From IMG/VR virus record IMGVR_UViG_3300045988_076381: 64,000 bases of DNA. One strand, given 5' to 3'. Below are positions 45,997 to 56,405 of this stretch, in pieces. The number at the start of each line of letters is the position of its first letter. Positions within the stretch are counted from its first letter, which is position 1. Source of the stretch: a virus. A program made the translations under genes and the position numbers. Below the pieces are notes generated by a model. That model was not told the origin of the DNA and made no database searches. It saw only the letters and a program-made list of their open reading frames with translations.

Positions 45997-46683
45997 ATGG
46001 AAATAGAACTTAATCTTATAGTTACTCTATCGGATAATTTAAAAGTTACTGGAGTTAGAATTAATAAACCATCCGACTCTTTTGAAGAAGCAGCTTCTAA
46101 AACTATTGCTGTAGTAACTCCTAAAAGATCTAAATCTAAAAAAGATCAGGATACAATAGTTCTGGAAGATAATAAACTAGTATTAACTCAGAAGTTATTA
46201 GATATAATTAATGCTGAACCAGGAGATAGATTACTAGTCTCTTTTAAAGAAGAGAATGGTATTTACTTTCCAGTAATTGCTAAATCAGAAGTTTTTGCGG
46301 ATCCAGAATCTGGAAATAAATTAACTAAAAGTCTTACTCTTTCTTATAGAGGAAAACAGAGAGAACAGTTATTAATCTATGGTACAAAATTTAGATTCGA
46401 GGAAACTTCCGAAAATTCTAAAACATGTAAATTAATTGGAGATAAAGAAGTTAAAGCAGATGATAAAGTTATTAAATCTAATAAAGATATTGTAACTTTT
46501 GATTCTAACGAATCAGAAGATGATACAAAGAAAACTTATACAAGGGAATTAAAAACTCCTTTTGAAGTTACTTTGGAAGATGAGGGAGATTATGAGATTC
46601 CGACAGATCTTAAAAATTTAGATTTAGAGGGATTAGAAGAAATAAATCTAGATGATGAAACACTTTTTAATTTAACTAATTAA
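45997..46683 (+). CDS. hypothetical protein
   Basis: 228-aa ATG ORF. Confidence 0.55.
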   Translation: MEIELNLIVTLSDNLKVTGVRINKPSDSFEEAASKTIAVVTPKRSKSKKDQDTIVLEDNKLVLTQKLLDIINAEPGDRLLVSFKEENGIYFPVIAKSEVFADPESGNKLTKSLTLSYRGKQREQLLIYGTKFRFEETSENSKTCKLIGDKEVKADDKVIKSNKDIVTFDSNESEDDTKKTYTRELKTPFEVTLEDEGDYEIPTDLKNLDLEGLEEINLDDETLFNLTN

Positions 46684-46697
46684 TTTATTTAAACATT

Positions 46698-47423
46698 ATG
46701 GCACTAAATTTTGGAGCAGATTTTAACAACGCAGGAGAACACACATTAGCTAAAGGAAGTTATTTACAAGGTGATAAAATTCATATTGTTAAATTAAAAG
46801 AAGCGAAAGCTGATAGACAAAAATTAAAAGATGGAAGGGAAGTAGATACTATCAACGTAGTATTTGAGGATGAAAATGGAGCAACTTTTGAAGATAGAAC
46901 CTTTGAATTAACACAAGACTCTATTGAAAGAAAAACATTCGGATGGGGAACTTCTGCGTCTATGTATGATTCCGCAGTATTAAAGTTCCGGTGTTATATT
47001 GAACACTTCGCACCTAAATATAATGAAAAACTAATTAAAGGAGAAGTAAAACTTGAAATGAAGAGCTGGAAACAATTCCGGGATTCGATGGTTGCAATTC
47101 TCCAAGCTGTTATTAAACAAAAGACTCCTGTATGGTGTAAACTTAAATTAATTAAGAATAGCTCAGGATTTGCCAGTCTTCCTTTCTTTGCAGCAGTAGA
47201 TAAAGAAGGAAATGCGTATGTAAACAATAACTTTATCGGCAATGTAGAAATTTTGAAACAACAAGATAGAGATATTGCATTTACTGCTTCTGAAATCAAG
47301 AAGATTAAAGCTAGAGAAGAAGCTGCTTCTGGAACTGCTACTTCCACAGAAGAATTAATTTCTTCTAATCCGGAGGAAATTTCGGATATTAATATGGAAG
47401 ATTTTGAAAATATGACTCTGTAA
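46698..47423 (+). CDS. putative ssDNA-binding protein
   Basis: Position between the ATPase and primase genes, and an acidic C-terminal tail EEISDINMEDFENMTL; no motif-level proof. Confidence 0.35.
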   Translation: MALNFGADFNNAGEHTLAKGSYLQGDKIHIVKLKEAKADRQKLKDGREVDTINVVFEDENGATFEDRTFELTQDSIERKTFGWGTSASMYDSAVLKFRCYIEHFAPKYNEKLIKGEVKLEMKSWKQFRDSMVAILQAVIKQKTPVWCKLKLIKNSSGFASLPFFAAVDKEGNAYVNNNFIGNVEILKQQDRDIAFTASEIKKIKAREEAASGTATSTEELISSNPEEISDINMEDFENMTL

Positions 47424-48481
47424 TGGGAGTTAACCTCAGTAAAGTAGATGTTTCTAGTCCTTTAATAGCTGATTACGATTCCGTGTTCTCTGAGAAGTTA
47501 ACTCAAGAATTATTACTTAGATATAATTCAGAAGAAACTTATATGGAACATTATTTGGGAATTCCAGTTAAAAAAGGATTATTTAAATCCCCACTTAGAA
47601 AAGATAATACTCCTACATGTGCATTTTTTAGAGATAGTGCAGGAAGATTGGTATTTAAAGATTTTAGGGGCGATTTTTATGGAAATTTTATTGAGGTAGT
47701 TAAGTATAAATATAATGTTTCTTATTCTAAAGCGTTAGCAATTATTGCTAATGACTTTGGGATAAGAAAAAATATTAACTTTCCAGTTAATAAATCTTGT
47801 ATAAAAGAATATACTAATTCGAAATTTGAAAAAACAGAGGGATCTATTATTAAAGTTAAAATTAAGGATTTTACGGAAGAGGAATTAAAATGGTGGGGAA
47901 AATTTGGAATAAGTCTAAATACTTTAAAGAAATTCTTTGTGTTCTCCCTAGAACTAGTGTATTTAAATAATGAAATATTCTCATTTAGCACCTCTAAAAA
48001 GTTTCAGTTTGGGTATTACTATCCCACTAAGGATAAAGAGAAGCAATTGTGGAAAATTTACTACCCGATGAATAAAAAATATCGCTTCATAACTAATTAT
48101 AAGAAAAGTATAATTCAAGGTATTCATAACATGCCGAAGAATGGAGAATATTTAGTAATAACTAAATCCCTTAAAGATGTTATGTGTTTATATGAACTTG
48201 GAATACCCGCAATTGCACCTAATTCAGAAAATCAGTTTGTGAGTGATGTTTTATATTCTAAATTAAAAGAAAGATTTAAGAAAATATTCTTGTTTTATGA
48301 TTCTGATTTAGCTGGGATTAGTAATATGAATAAAATTAGAAAGAAATTTTCTGATATACTTCCTATATATATTCCGAGGAGATATAAGGCTAAAGATATA
48401 TCAGATTTTTATTCTAAATATGGAAGTTTAAAAACTTTCGACTTAATAGAAAATACGAAAAGGTTATATTTAAATGGATAA
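47423..48481 (+). CDS. DNA primase (TOPRIM domain)
   Basis: LVITKSLKDVMCLYELGIPAIAPNSE and FYDSDLAG (DxD) in the C-terminal half, with a primase-like N-terminal region. Confidence 0.65.
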   Translation: MGVNLSKVDVSSPLIADYDSVFSEKLTQELLLRYNSEETYMEHYLGIPVKKGLFKSPLRKDNTPTCAFFRDSAGRLVFKDFRGDFYGNFIEVVKYKYNVSYSKALAIIANDFGIRKNINFPVNKSCIKEYTNSKFEKTEGSIIKVKIKDFTEEELKWWGKFGISLNTLKKFFVFSLELVYLNNEIFSFSTSKKFQFGYYYPTKDKEKQLWKIYYPMNKKYRFITNYKKSIIQGIHNMPKNGEYLVITKSLKDVMCLYELGIPAIAPNSENQFVSDVLYSKLKERFKKIFLFYDSDLAGISNMNKIRKKFSDILPIYIPRRYKAKDISDFYSKYGSLKTFDLIENTKRLYLNG

Positions 48482-48668
48482 AGTACAAAAAATAGAATTA
48501 GAAGAATGTATAGTTGATATAGATGCTGCTTTACATAGTATTTCTAATTTTAGAAACAAATATCATGATAGTGTTTTTAATACCTTAGAGATAATACATT
48601 GTCTTGACCTAATAAAAATATATACTAATTCTTTAAAACATCTCCTAAAAAATTCAGTAGAAGAATAA
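48474..48668 (+). CDS. hypothetical protein
   Basis: 64-aa ATG ORF. Confidence 0.45.
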   Translation: MDKVQKIELEECIVDIDAALHSISNFRNKYHDSVFNTLEIIHCLDLIKIYTNSLKHLLKNSVEE

Positions 48669-48706
48669 CAAATATTTAATACATAGAGAAAGATTTAAAG
48701 TAATTT

Positions 48707-49210
48707 ATGAAAGATTTAAAAATCATCTGTGATATAGATGGAATAGTTGCAGATTTTATGGGACATTATAAAAAATGGTTTAATGTAGATACATATCCAT
48801 CTAGATTACAAGAGTATGCAATATTAAAAAACGTATACAATTTAAGGAATAATAAGAAATTTTGGACAACCGTTCCTAAATTAAGAGATATTAATTTCCC
48901 TATAGTTGCTTATTGTACTAAAAGAATTAATTCTAAATCATATACTAGGGAATGGATAATTAAAAATAATCTTCCTGATAAACCTATTTATCAAATGGTA
49001 TGTTACTCTGGAAATAAATCTAGATTGATCAAGGGGAAGTGTGATGTATTTATTGAAGACTCTATAACTAATTTTATAGAGTGTAATAAATCAGGAGTGT
49101 TTACATTATTACTGACTACTCCAGAGAATAAATATTACGATACCTCTCTTAGAATCGATTCATTAAATTACCTAGATATTATAAATAAATATAATGAATA
49201 TAATTATTAA
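48707..49210 (+). CDS. 5'(3')-deoxyribonucleotidase (HAD superfamily, NT5C-like)
   Basis: N-terminal ICDIDGIVADF matches D-x-D-G-(V/I)-x-A-D-F. Confidence 0.7.
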   Translation: MKDLKIICDIDGIVADFMGHYKKWFNVDTYPSRLQEYAILKNVYNLRNNKKFWTTVPKLRDINFPIVAYCTKRINSKSYTREWIIKNNLPDKPIYQMVCYSGNKSRLIKGKCDVFIEDSITNFIECNKSGVFTLLLTTPENKYYDTSLRIDSLNYLDIINKYNEYNY

Positions 49211-49213
49211 ATT

Positions 49214-49666
49214 ATGGAACTCTCGCAATTAGAATTGGAACAATTAGAAGTTAATGAATTATTTAAACAATTAGCCACCTTTAATTGTAATCTTGGATGG
49301 TTATTATATGATATCTCTAAAACTAAATATAGATTTAATAATCAAAATTATTTAAATATTGCATACGGATTAGATCAATCTACAATAGTGCGATATAAAT
49401 CTCCTACAGAGTATGTAGATATAATGAATTTATTTAACAGAAATTTATTTAGGAATATTATATTCGAATACTTAGATAATTATTTTGGAGAAAATTTTAG
49501 AAAATTTAAAAATATAGAAGTAATTCCAGAAGGTCAGGCATATATTCATATTACTGTTCAGAATGAAGAATGTGAAAATAATATTAAAAAGGCTTTAAAA
49601 GAAGTACTTCCAGATTATTTTGATTACATTTTTATAGAAATTGTAGAGTATAATGAATATAATTAA
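49214..49666 (+). CDS. hypothetical protein
   Basis: 150-aa ATG ORF. Confidence 0.5.
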   Translation: MELSQLELEQLEVNELFKQLATFNCNLGWLLYDISKTKYRFNNQNYLNIAYGLDQSTIVRYKSPTEYVDIMNLFNRNLFRNIIFEYLDNYFGENFRKFKNIEVIPEGQAYIHITVQNEECENNIKKALKEVLPDYFDYIFIEIVEYNEYN

Positions 49667-50105
49667 ATATAAATCAGAATATAAAACCTTTGTAAATGAT
49701 GCTATTTTATCGTATTTAAATAGTTATATCACAGATAGCGAAGAAAAAGGATTTTTAAGTCTCATACATTATATTGCAAAAAATTATAGGTCTAAACTAC
49801 AAGATATTAAATACTATATTAGAGAAGCATTTATAAATTATTCTCCAAATGGATTGGATAATATACTTAAATGTATATTTAGTGAAATGATTAAAGATAT
49901 AATGGATAAAAAGATTTATAATACATGTAATGTATATAACAACATATCCTTTAATGCCCAATATATTAACTCAGAATTAAAATTATTCGTAGAACATGGT
50001 ACTTATATAGATTATCATGAAGCAAAACAATTCTGTTCTGAACTAAAACGACTCTTCCCAGATATTAATATATATAATACCATAAATAGAATAATTGAAG
50101 AATAA
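49653..50105 (+). CDS. hypothetical protein (tandem paralogue A)
   Basis: KGFLSLIHYIAKNYRSKLQDIKYYI. Confidence 0.55.
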   Translation: MNIIKYKSEYKTFVNDAILSYLNSYITDSEEKGFLSLIHYIAKNYRSKLQDIKYYIREAFINYSPNGLDNILKCIFSEMIKDIMDKKIYNTCNVYNNISFNAQYINSELKLFVEHGTYIDYHEAKQFCSELKRLFPDINIYNTINRIIEE

Positions 50106-50145
50106 AAGAAATATTTTAATTAAATTACATAATTGTAATAAAAAT

Positions 50146-50586
50146 ATGCTTATATATAAAGAAGAATATAAAGATGATTTCGATGATAATATCCTAAGAT
50201 GTTTAACTTGTATCCAAACTAATAATGAGGTAAAGGGATTTTTATGTCTTATTCATTATTTAAAGGAACGATATAGAAGCAACTTATTTAATATCAAATA
50301 TTATATATTGAATAACTTTAAACCAACTGCAATTGAAGAAGCCTTAGGAAAAATATATGAAAATACATTTATTGAAATAATTAAAGATTTATTAGATAAT
50401 AAATTTAATGAAATTTGCGATTTTGTAGACTATTTTATTCTATATACTAATTCCAAGTTTGAATTATTTATAGAATTTTATACGGATACAAGATTAATAG
50501 AAGGGAAGGAGTTTTTCGATAATTTAAAACAACTTATTCCTGATATTACTATACATAGAACTGTGAATGGAGAACTTCGGGACTGA
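50146..50586 (+). CDS. hypothetical protein (tandem paralogue B)
   Basis: KGFLCLIHYLKERYRSNLFNIKYYI. The ATG at 50146 aligns with the paralogue A start. Confidence 0.55.
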   Translation: MLIYKEEYKDDFDDNILRCLTCIQTNNEVKGFLCLIHYLKERYRSNLFNIKYYILNNFKPTAIEEALGKIYENTFIEIIKDLLDNKFNEICDFVDYFILYTNSKFELFIEFYTDTRLIEGKEFFDNLKQLIPDITIHRTVNGELRD

Positions 50587-51361
50587 TTTAATATCTAGAG
50601 AAGTATTATCTAAATTTAAGATAAAAATATTATCAATAAATAGTTTAGATATAACTGATGAAGTATATTTTTCTGATAAATATTCTAATTATATATCTAA
50701 TTCTAAATTAAAACTGATAAATCCTAATGAAGGAGGATCATTTAAAACATATTTAGAAGGATTAAAATCTAAATCTACTGGATCTCTGGATTTAGGATCA
50801 GCAGTTCATGAGTTAGTTCTACAAAATGAATCATTTGAATTAAATTCTTATATCAAACCATCTGGTAAAATTGGGAAAGTTATAGAGGTTGTATTTAAAT
50901 ATAGAAATAAGGGATATTCCATATTAAATGCAATTCGAAAAGCTTCCGAAGAAGTTTCTTATTACATATCTCAATTAACTGATACAAGAATATCTAATAT
51001 AATCTCATCTGGATTTAAATATTATCTTTATTTATATAAAAATAAAGATATTAAATATGATAAAGAACAAATAATCTTGGATGAAAAATCTAGGGAAACT
51101 TGTATAAAATGTGTAGATTCTATTAGAAGAAATTCTGATGCAATGAATCTCCTTTCCCCAGATGAATTTTCATTAGATCAGTATTTAAATAAGAATGAGG
51201 ATACTATAGTGATGGAAATAGTAGTAACCTTCCCTAACAGTACTTCCGATCCAAATGCAGAAGAAGTAAGTATTTTGTTAAAGTTAAAAGCTAAGATAGA
51301 TAATTGGAATTTAAATATAGATGAGGGTTTATTAAATCTAAATGATTTAAAAACTACAGGT
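50567..51361 (+). CDS. PD-(D/E)XK (RecB/Cas4-like) exonuclease, exon 1 of 2
   Basis: GSAVHE...; ends LNLNDLKTTG (D...K catalytic region). Confidence 0.65.
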
Positions 51362-52636
51362 AAGTAAAATTTTTTTATTGTATTTTATTTGTTTTATTTC
51401 ATTAAATGTATTTAATTTGTATATTATTAAATTATACAATAAAAATACATTTATGAATAATCTAAATCAAGCTATTAGTGATTACGAACATTTATTTATA
51501 GGAATTTGTGAATTAAGTAAAAAATATAAAATTCCTAATAAAGAAATTAGAAAAGCGTTAGAAGATAAAGGATATTATTTAGGAAAAGGAGTATCTCCAA
51601 AAAGTGTTGTGCATATTAAACTTGCAGTAGAGGAATATAAAAATATTCTTAATGCTGGTGAAGAACCTAATATTCATCAACTGGCATTAAAGTATGATAT
51701 TTCCGATACGTCTATAAAAGACAATTTAATTAGATTAAATCTTCCTGTTGTAAGATACCCTAAAAAAATCCATTTTGATGAACATGTCTTTGATGTTATA
51801 GATACTGAAGAAAAAGCATATTGGCTAGGATTTTTAACTGCTGATGGGTATATTTATAGTAGAGATAATACATTTGGAATTAGTCTAGCTAGTATAGATA
51901 AGCATCATGTAGAAAAATATGCCACATTTCTTAAATGTCCTCAACATGTTAAATTTAAGAATAACGAATATGCTGGAATATATAGATGTGATTTAGGAAA
52001 CGCTCATGTAAAGCAAGTATTACAAAAATATGGATTTACTGCTTCTAAATCTTTTGACTGTACCTTTTTAAAAGACCAGTTTTTTGCAAATTCCGATTTA
52101 ATAAGACATTATATTAGAGGATATTTTGATGGAGATGGCTGTGTCAGTTATAAAAAAAAGTATAGAAAAACAATTAATGCCACTATTTATATTCCGATAG
52201 TTTCTATAGTTGGAACAGAAGCTTTTTTACAAGAATTAAGAAATAAATCAAATTTAATTTGTCTTTTTCAGTCACAACAAAATCTATGGAATTTATATGG
52301 ATCTGGAAAAAAGGCAAAAGATTTTCTTTATTACATTTATAATAACGCTACTATTTATTTAGATAGAAAATACAATATTTATAGAAATTATATTGCCCCA
52401 CACTTAGAGAAATCAAGTGTTCCGCAGTGGCCAATATCGGTGGATACTGAAATGTAAATACCGAGATAAATTCAGAGATTACGAAAGGCTCTGAATCATC
52501 GTAACGCGTAGAAGGTGAATAAATATAATCCTTCCAAGAGTGGCTGCCACCTTAAAGGGTGAAAATGTACGCTGAACTATATCGAATAACAAGATATAGA
52601 AATAAAGGATAAAAAGCCTTTATGATAACAAAATTG
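51362..52636 (+). mobile_element. group I intron (family B) carrying a LAGLIDADG endonuclease gene
   Basis: Blocks gtaacgcgtag (52501), ccaagagtg (52534), aaaatgtacgctgaac and the 3' end gataacaaaattg. Removal gives DLKTTG-KPWYLFPG. Confidence 0.75.
51453..52457 (+). CDS. intron-encoded LAGLIDADG homing endonuclease
   Basis: YWLGFLTADGYI and YIRGYFDGDGCV; the first ATG of track ORF 51378..52457 is at 51453. Confidence 0.85.
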   Translation: MNNLNQAISDYEHLFIGICELSKKYKIPNKEIRKALEDKGYYLGKGVSPKSVVHIKLAVEEYKNILNAGEEPNIHQLALKYDISDTSIKDNLIRLNLPVVRYPKKIHFDEHVFDVIDTEEKAYWLGFLTADGYIYSRDNTFGISLASIDKHHVEKYATFLKCPQHVKFKNNEYAGIYRCDLGNAHVKQVLQKYGFTASKSFDCTFLKDQFFANSDLIRHYIRGYFDGDGCVSYKKKYRKTINATIYIPIVSIVGTEAFLQELRNKSNLICLFQSQQNLWNLYGSGKKAKDFLYYIYNNATIYLDRKYNIYRNYIAPHLEKSSVPQWPISVDTEM

Positions 52637-52948
52637 AAACCATGGTATTTATTCCCAGGATCTATAGTAAAAGAAACAGGAGAATTTGTTGAAGGTTCCT
52701 TTCAACATTATCATTACTATCGCCAATTATCTATGTATTTCTGGATGCTCAAGCAATATCTAACTTCGGAAGGATATAAATTAAACAAATCTTATTTAAA
52801 TATAATCTCTGTACAAACTATTCCTAATTATTCTACAGTAGTATTTAGAATCCCAAATAAATGGTTTGTTAAAGGATTGAAGGAATTTAAAACCTTACTA
52901 TCATACGCTGCTTATGCTGAATATAATAAAGAAAAAATATTATCATGA
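52637..52948 (+). CDS. PD-(D/E)XK exonuclease, exon 2 of 2
   Basis: KPWYLFPG...HYYRQLSMYFWML (QxxxY motif of RecB-family nucleases). Confidence 0.65.
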   Translation, partial: KPWYLFPGSIVKETGEFVEGSFQHYHYYRQLSMYFWMLKQYLTSEGYKLNKSYLNIISVQTIPNYSTVVFRIPNKWFVKGLKEFKTLLSYAAYAEYNKEKILS

Positions 52949-53352
52949 TCCCATATAGAGATGATGTTTTAATATCAGAACAAATAGTGCAAGATTTAGT
53001 TAATCAGTTTAATAACTTAACTCAAGAAGAAAAAGAAAGATTTTTTAAAAAGGTTTTATGTATTGGTTCTCTAGCTGTAGACTCTTTAGATGCTGTTACA
53101 GCTTTAATATCTATACTTATTGCTGTATATAGAAAATATGCTGAGAAGCATCCGGATGTTTCTATAGAGAAGTTTACTAAAGCATTTTTAAAGGATACTA
53201 TATCTGCCTATGATGATTCATGGATGGAGAATTTTTTACCTTTATGTAAAGCTATCACAGATTGTAAAAAAGTAAATCTATGTGGAGCAAAGAATCTTGA
53301 GGAATGTAAATCTAAGATAAATAATGTATTAGATAAATTACTTCCATTTTAA
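52945..53352 (+). CDS. hypothetical protein
   Basis: 135-aa ATG ORF with ATGA overlap. Confidence 0.5.
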   Translation: MIPYRDDVLISEQIVQDLVNQFNNLTQEEKERFFKKVLCIGSLAVDSLDAVTALISILIAVYRKYAEKHPDVSIEKFTKAFLKDTISAYDDSWMENFLPLCKAITDCKKVNLCGAKNLEECKSKINNVLDKLLPF

Positions 53353-53426
53353 TATAGGAGTATCACTACTTTAGATAAAAACAATACCTCACTAGAAATT
53401 ATTAATAAATTTTTAGTGATTACTAT

Positions 53427-53457
53427 TTTGATAACATTAAAAATCCCCTTATCTTTG
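53427..53457 (+). promoter_or_regulatory. Bacteroidota-type promoter (-33 TTTG, -7 TAtcTTTG)
   Basis: TTTG at 53427-53430 and TAtcTTTG at 53450-53457 with a 19-nt spacer; 66 nt upstream of ATG 53523. Confidence 0.6.
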
Positions 53458-53522
53458 TACTATCAAATTGAGGGAAAATATAACAACTTAAATATTTATT
53501 AACCTATAAAAATTTTAGAATT

Positions 53523-54101
53523 ATGGCAAAATTGTTTATGACCAATGTAAAAGGATTTAGTAAAGAAGAAGCAATGTGTGAACTTCCGTTAGAAATTAAT
53601 CAAAATGCAACTGCGAAATGGCGTGCTGCTGGAGAACCTACTTTTGGTTCAGATGATTTCCGAGCATTCGCTGAGAACTTCATCAGCAACAAACATATGA
53701 TTACTGGAGCTGGTGCTTATATTCAGAAAACTTCTCCTGTAGCTGATACTCGTACGAAACCTTATAAAATTGTAAACTTCAAGAAAGAAGGTAAGACTAA
53801 ATGGGAAACCGTATATAATGTTTGTGAAGCAGAATTTAACTTAGATAAAGAAGGTAAATTTAAATCAATTGAATCAATTGGTATGCCTGTAGATCAATCT
53901 GCTGTTAATAAGGCTGATGCCGAACGTAAAATGCGTGAATTGATTGCTCAAAATAAACGTAATTATGTAGTAAGAAAGACTAAAGAAGTTGTTGAGGATG
54001 AAGCTTCTAAGAACGGAGAAATCTTGTGTGCAGGTGTTTATACTCCGTCAATTACTACTAAACAAGGAGAATTTTATGTATTTGGATTAGTTAAAGAATA
54101 A
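53523..54101 (+). CDS. hypothetical protein, probably highly expressed
   Basis: 192-aa ORF that looks GC-richer than its neighbours, forming its own promoter-to-terminator unit. Confidence 0.6.
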   Translation: MAKLFMTNVKGFSKEEAMCELPLEINQNATAKWRAAGEPTFGSDDFRAFAENFISNKHMITGAGAYIQKTSPVADTRTKPYKIVNFKKEGKTKWETVYNVCEAEFNLDKEGKFKSIESIGMPVDQSAVNKADAERKMRELIAQNKRNYVVRKTKEVVEDEASKNGEILCAGVYTPSITTKQGEFYVFGLVKE

Positions 54102-54145
54102 TCTTAAATATAATAAAATATTTATATAAATATATAATCAATCAG

Positions 54146-54182
54146 AAGGGTGTAATATTAATTTATTACACCCTTTATTTTT
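54146..54182 (+). terminator. intrinsic terminator
   Basis: 12-bp stem aagggtgtaata/tattacaccctt followed by tattttt. Confidence 0.7.
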
Positions 54183-54237
54183 AAAAACATAACAGTAATA
54201 ATTTTAACAGTGTTGCTACTTAAAGCCGTGATTAAAT

Positions 54238-55395
54238 ATGAAACTAGAATTATCTAAATCGATCTTAGAATCCATCTCAAGTAGAGTAAATAACGATATT
54301 TTTACATTTGATGATGTAGAAAGTGAATATAAATTCGATAATATTCAAGAAAAGTTATATAATAGATTATATAAAAACTATCAGGATTTAACTCCACCAC
54401 AATTTGATTTAGATACATTTAGATTCACATATAAAATACTTTGTCAAAACTCTGGAGTGAAGAAGACTCCTCAGAAACAATTAAATAAAGTTAAGGATAG
54501 AAAAATTGTATATGATGCTACTACTGATGAATCTTTCGAAAGTAGAATTGTTGGTTCATCTGTAAGAGATGAAGAAGGTAAAGTAATACATTATGAATTT
54601 AGAATCCTTATTAGAGATAAAGAATCTTTTGAAGGTACTCTCACATTATCTGAAATGCAGGATATTTATGTTGGATATTCTAATAGAGGATATAATTTAT
54701 CAGCTAGGAAATTGTCTGAGAAATTCCCACAATATGATTTGATTCAATTAAAGAAGATTTTAAGAGCATTTCAGATTACTAAAGATTGTTACCCTTTTGC
54801 TCCACATATTGCAGAAAGTAAGAGTAAAGAGGAATTAGAAAGGATGTTATTAGATTTAAAATTACATTCTGCTTCTAAGAACGCTGATAGAGATGAGATA
54901 CAAGATAAGAATAAATATATCTTAGAATTAACTAAGGAACTTAACAAGTATAGGGATAAAGAAACATTCGTTAAGGATTTACTTAGAATTCCTGTTAAAT
55001 ATAATACTCCTATAACGCCTTTATATTCCGATGCTAATGAATATACTAATACGTTAGTTATATTCTTATCTGATATGCATATTGGAGCTTATAATCCTAA
55101 ATATGGATTTATACAATTGGAAGATTATAATAAAGAAGAAATTAGTAGGAGATTAGATAAAGTATATAATTTTATTATTAATAAATTATTTGATAATTTA
55201 ATTATCTGTAATTTAGGAGATAGTGTAGATTCTTATAAAGGTGAAACTGTTAGAGGTCATGAATTACCTACTACTATTACTCCAAAAGAACAATCTAAGA
55301 TGTATTTAGATGTTATGTTAGAGTTCTTTAATAAATTACTTGATTATGTAGAAAATTCTCATATTAAATATATTTGTATTGGAGATTCAAATCAT
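54238..55395 (+). CDS. Mre11/SbcD-like metallophosphoesterase, exon 1 of 3
   Basis: FLSDMHIG (motif I), NLGDSVD (II); ends IGDSNH (III minus the final Asp). Confidence 0.7.
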
Positions 55396-55697
55396 TGATT
55401 GTATTTAAATACAATTTGTGCTAATAATAAGAAATTATTATTCGAAACTAGGTTAACTGCTGGGACGCCTGAGATGGTAATCAGCAACCAAGCTACAGAT
55501 TTAAATTCTGTAGAAGGCTCATCGACTATTCCTGAAATGGAAGTAGAATCAAGCGATTCGAAATGCCTAGCCCTTAGCATTATATCTAACACAGATATAG
55601 ATGAAGGTGAAGATATAGTCAGTTCTCATATTAATAAGGAAGTATGAGGAGGTTTTATTAACCCGTATAAGAGTAGCGAACTTATATGAACACGAAG
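55396..55697 (+). mobile_element. group I intron (family A), ORF-less
   Basis: aagatatagtc at 55610 is an exact match to the S element and tcatcgacta at 55519 is R-like. A P1 hairpin places U55395 opposite G55418. The intron ends in G. Removal gives GDSNH-DGDW. Confidence 0.7.
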
Positions 55698-55835
55698 GAC
55701 GGTGACTGGGGATGGCTAAATAATATTGTTCTTGCCTCTAAATTAGAGCAATTAAATATAGAATCTTATATTTCCGATCTTCCAATTGATAAATTTGATG
55801 TTGGAAATAATTCTATACTATTCATGCATGGTGAT
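55698..55835 (+). CDS. Mre11/SbcD-like metallophosphoesterase, exon 2 of 3
   Basis: DGDWGWLNNIV...NNSILFMHGD; 138 nt, in frame with both neighbours. Confidence 0.65.
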
Positions 55836-56405
55836 ATATTTTTCATATTTTTAATATAATTATTTGGGTTCCATAGAAATAATTTATATTTGTTAAATAA
55901 TAATATATTTAATAAATAAAGATCATTCTAAAATGCTCCTTTCCTTATTAGGAACAGAAGATTTTTAAATTCTATACAAGATGTATTTTCTACTAAGTAC
56001 ACTTTGGAATATAATCATAATGATAAGAATTCTAAAACTAGAGTACTAGAAATAGCTTGTAGACCAGGGCTTAACATTTTACATAAATTATATTCACACT
56101 CAAAAATATATTTAAAAAGAAAATATGAAAGATATTTAGAATATTGCCGTCTATATGAGGAATCATATAGAGAATTAGAAACCAATAACGGGGAAGGCTG
56201 TGATGTCAATCCCGTGATAAGTACAGAAAGTAAAGAGTCTGTGCCATCGTAACGCGTAGAACTTGAACCTCGAAAGAGAATAAAATAGTTCCAAGAGTGG
56301 TTTCTACCCCAACACTTTTATAAGTAGTGGGTAAAAAGGTACGCTGGACTATAGCAAAAAGAAGCTATAGAAGTTAGGATAAAAAGCCTAACGATAACAA
56401 AATCG
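55836..56405 (+). mobile_element. group I intron (family B) with a decayed LAGLIDADG gene
   Basis: Blocks gtaacgcgtag (56249), ccaagagtg (56291), aaaaggtacgctggac and the 3' end gataacaaaatcg. Removal gives FMHGD-KDSDSQFKG. Confidence 0.7.
55933..56252 (+). pseudogene. remnant of a LAGLIDADG homing endonuclease gene
   Basis: Fragments LLGTEDF and ...IYLKRKYERYLEY...SVPS-stop are colinear with the C-terminal third of 43802..45025 (MLGTENFL...IFLDRKYLRYKYF...SISS-stop). Both LAGLIDADG motifs are missing and the frame is broken. Confidence 0.6.

Noticed and set aside
55399-55647. An 82-aa ORF inside the first phosphoesterase intron, considered as a possible small homing endonuclease
   Set aside because: It has no LAGLIDADG, GIY-YIG, HNH or His-Cys motif. 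It runs straight through the R-like and S core elements of the ribozyme, so it is most likely a chance open frame.
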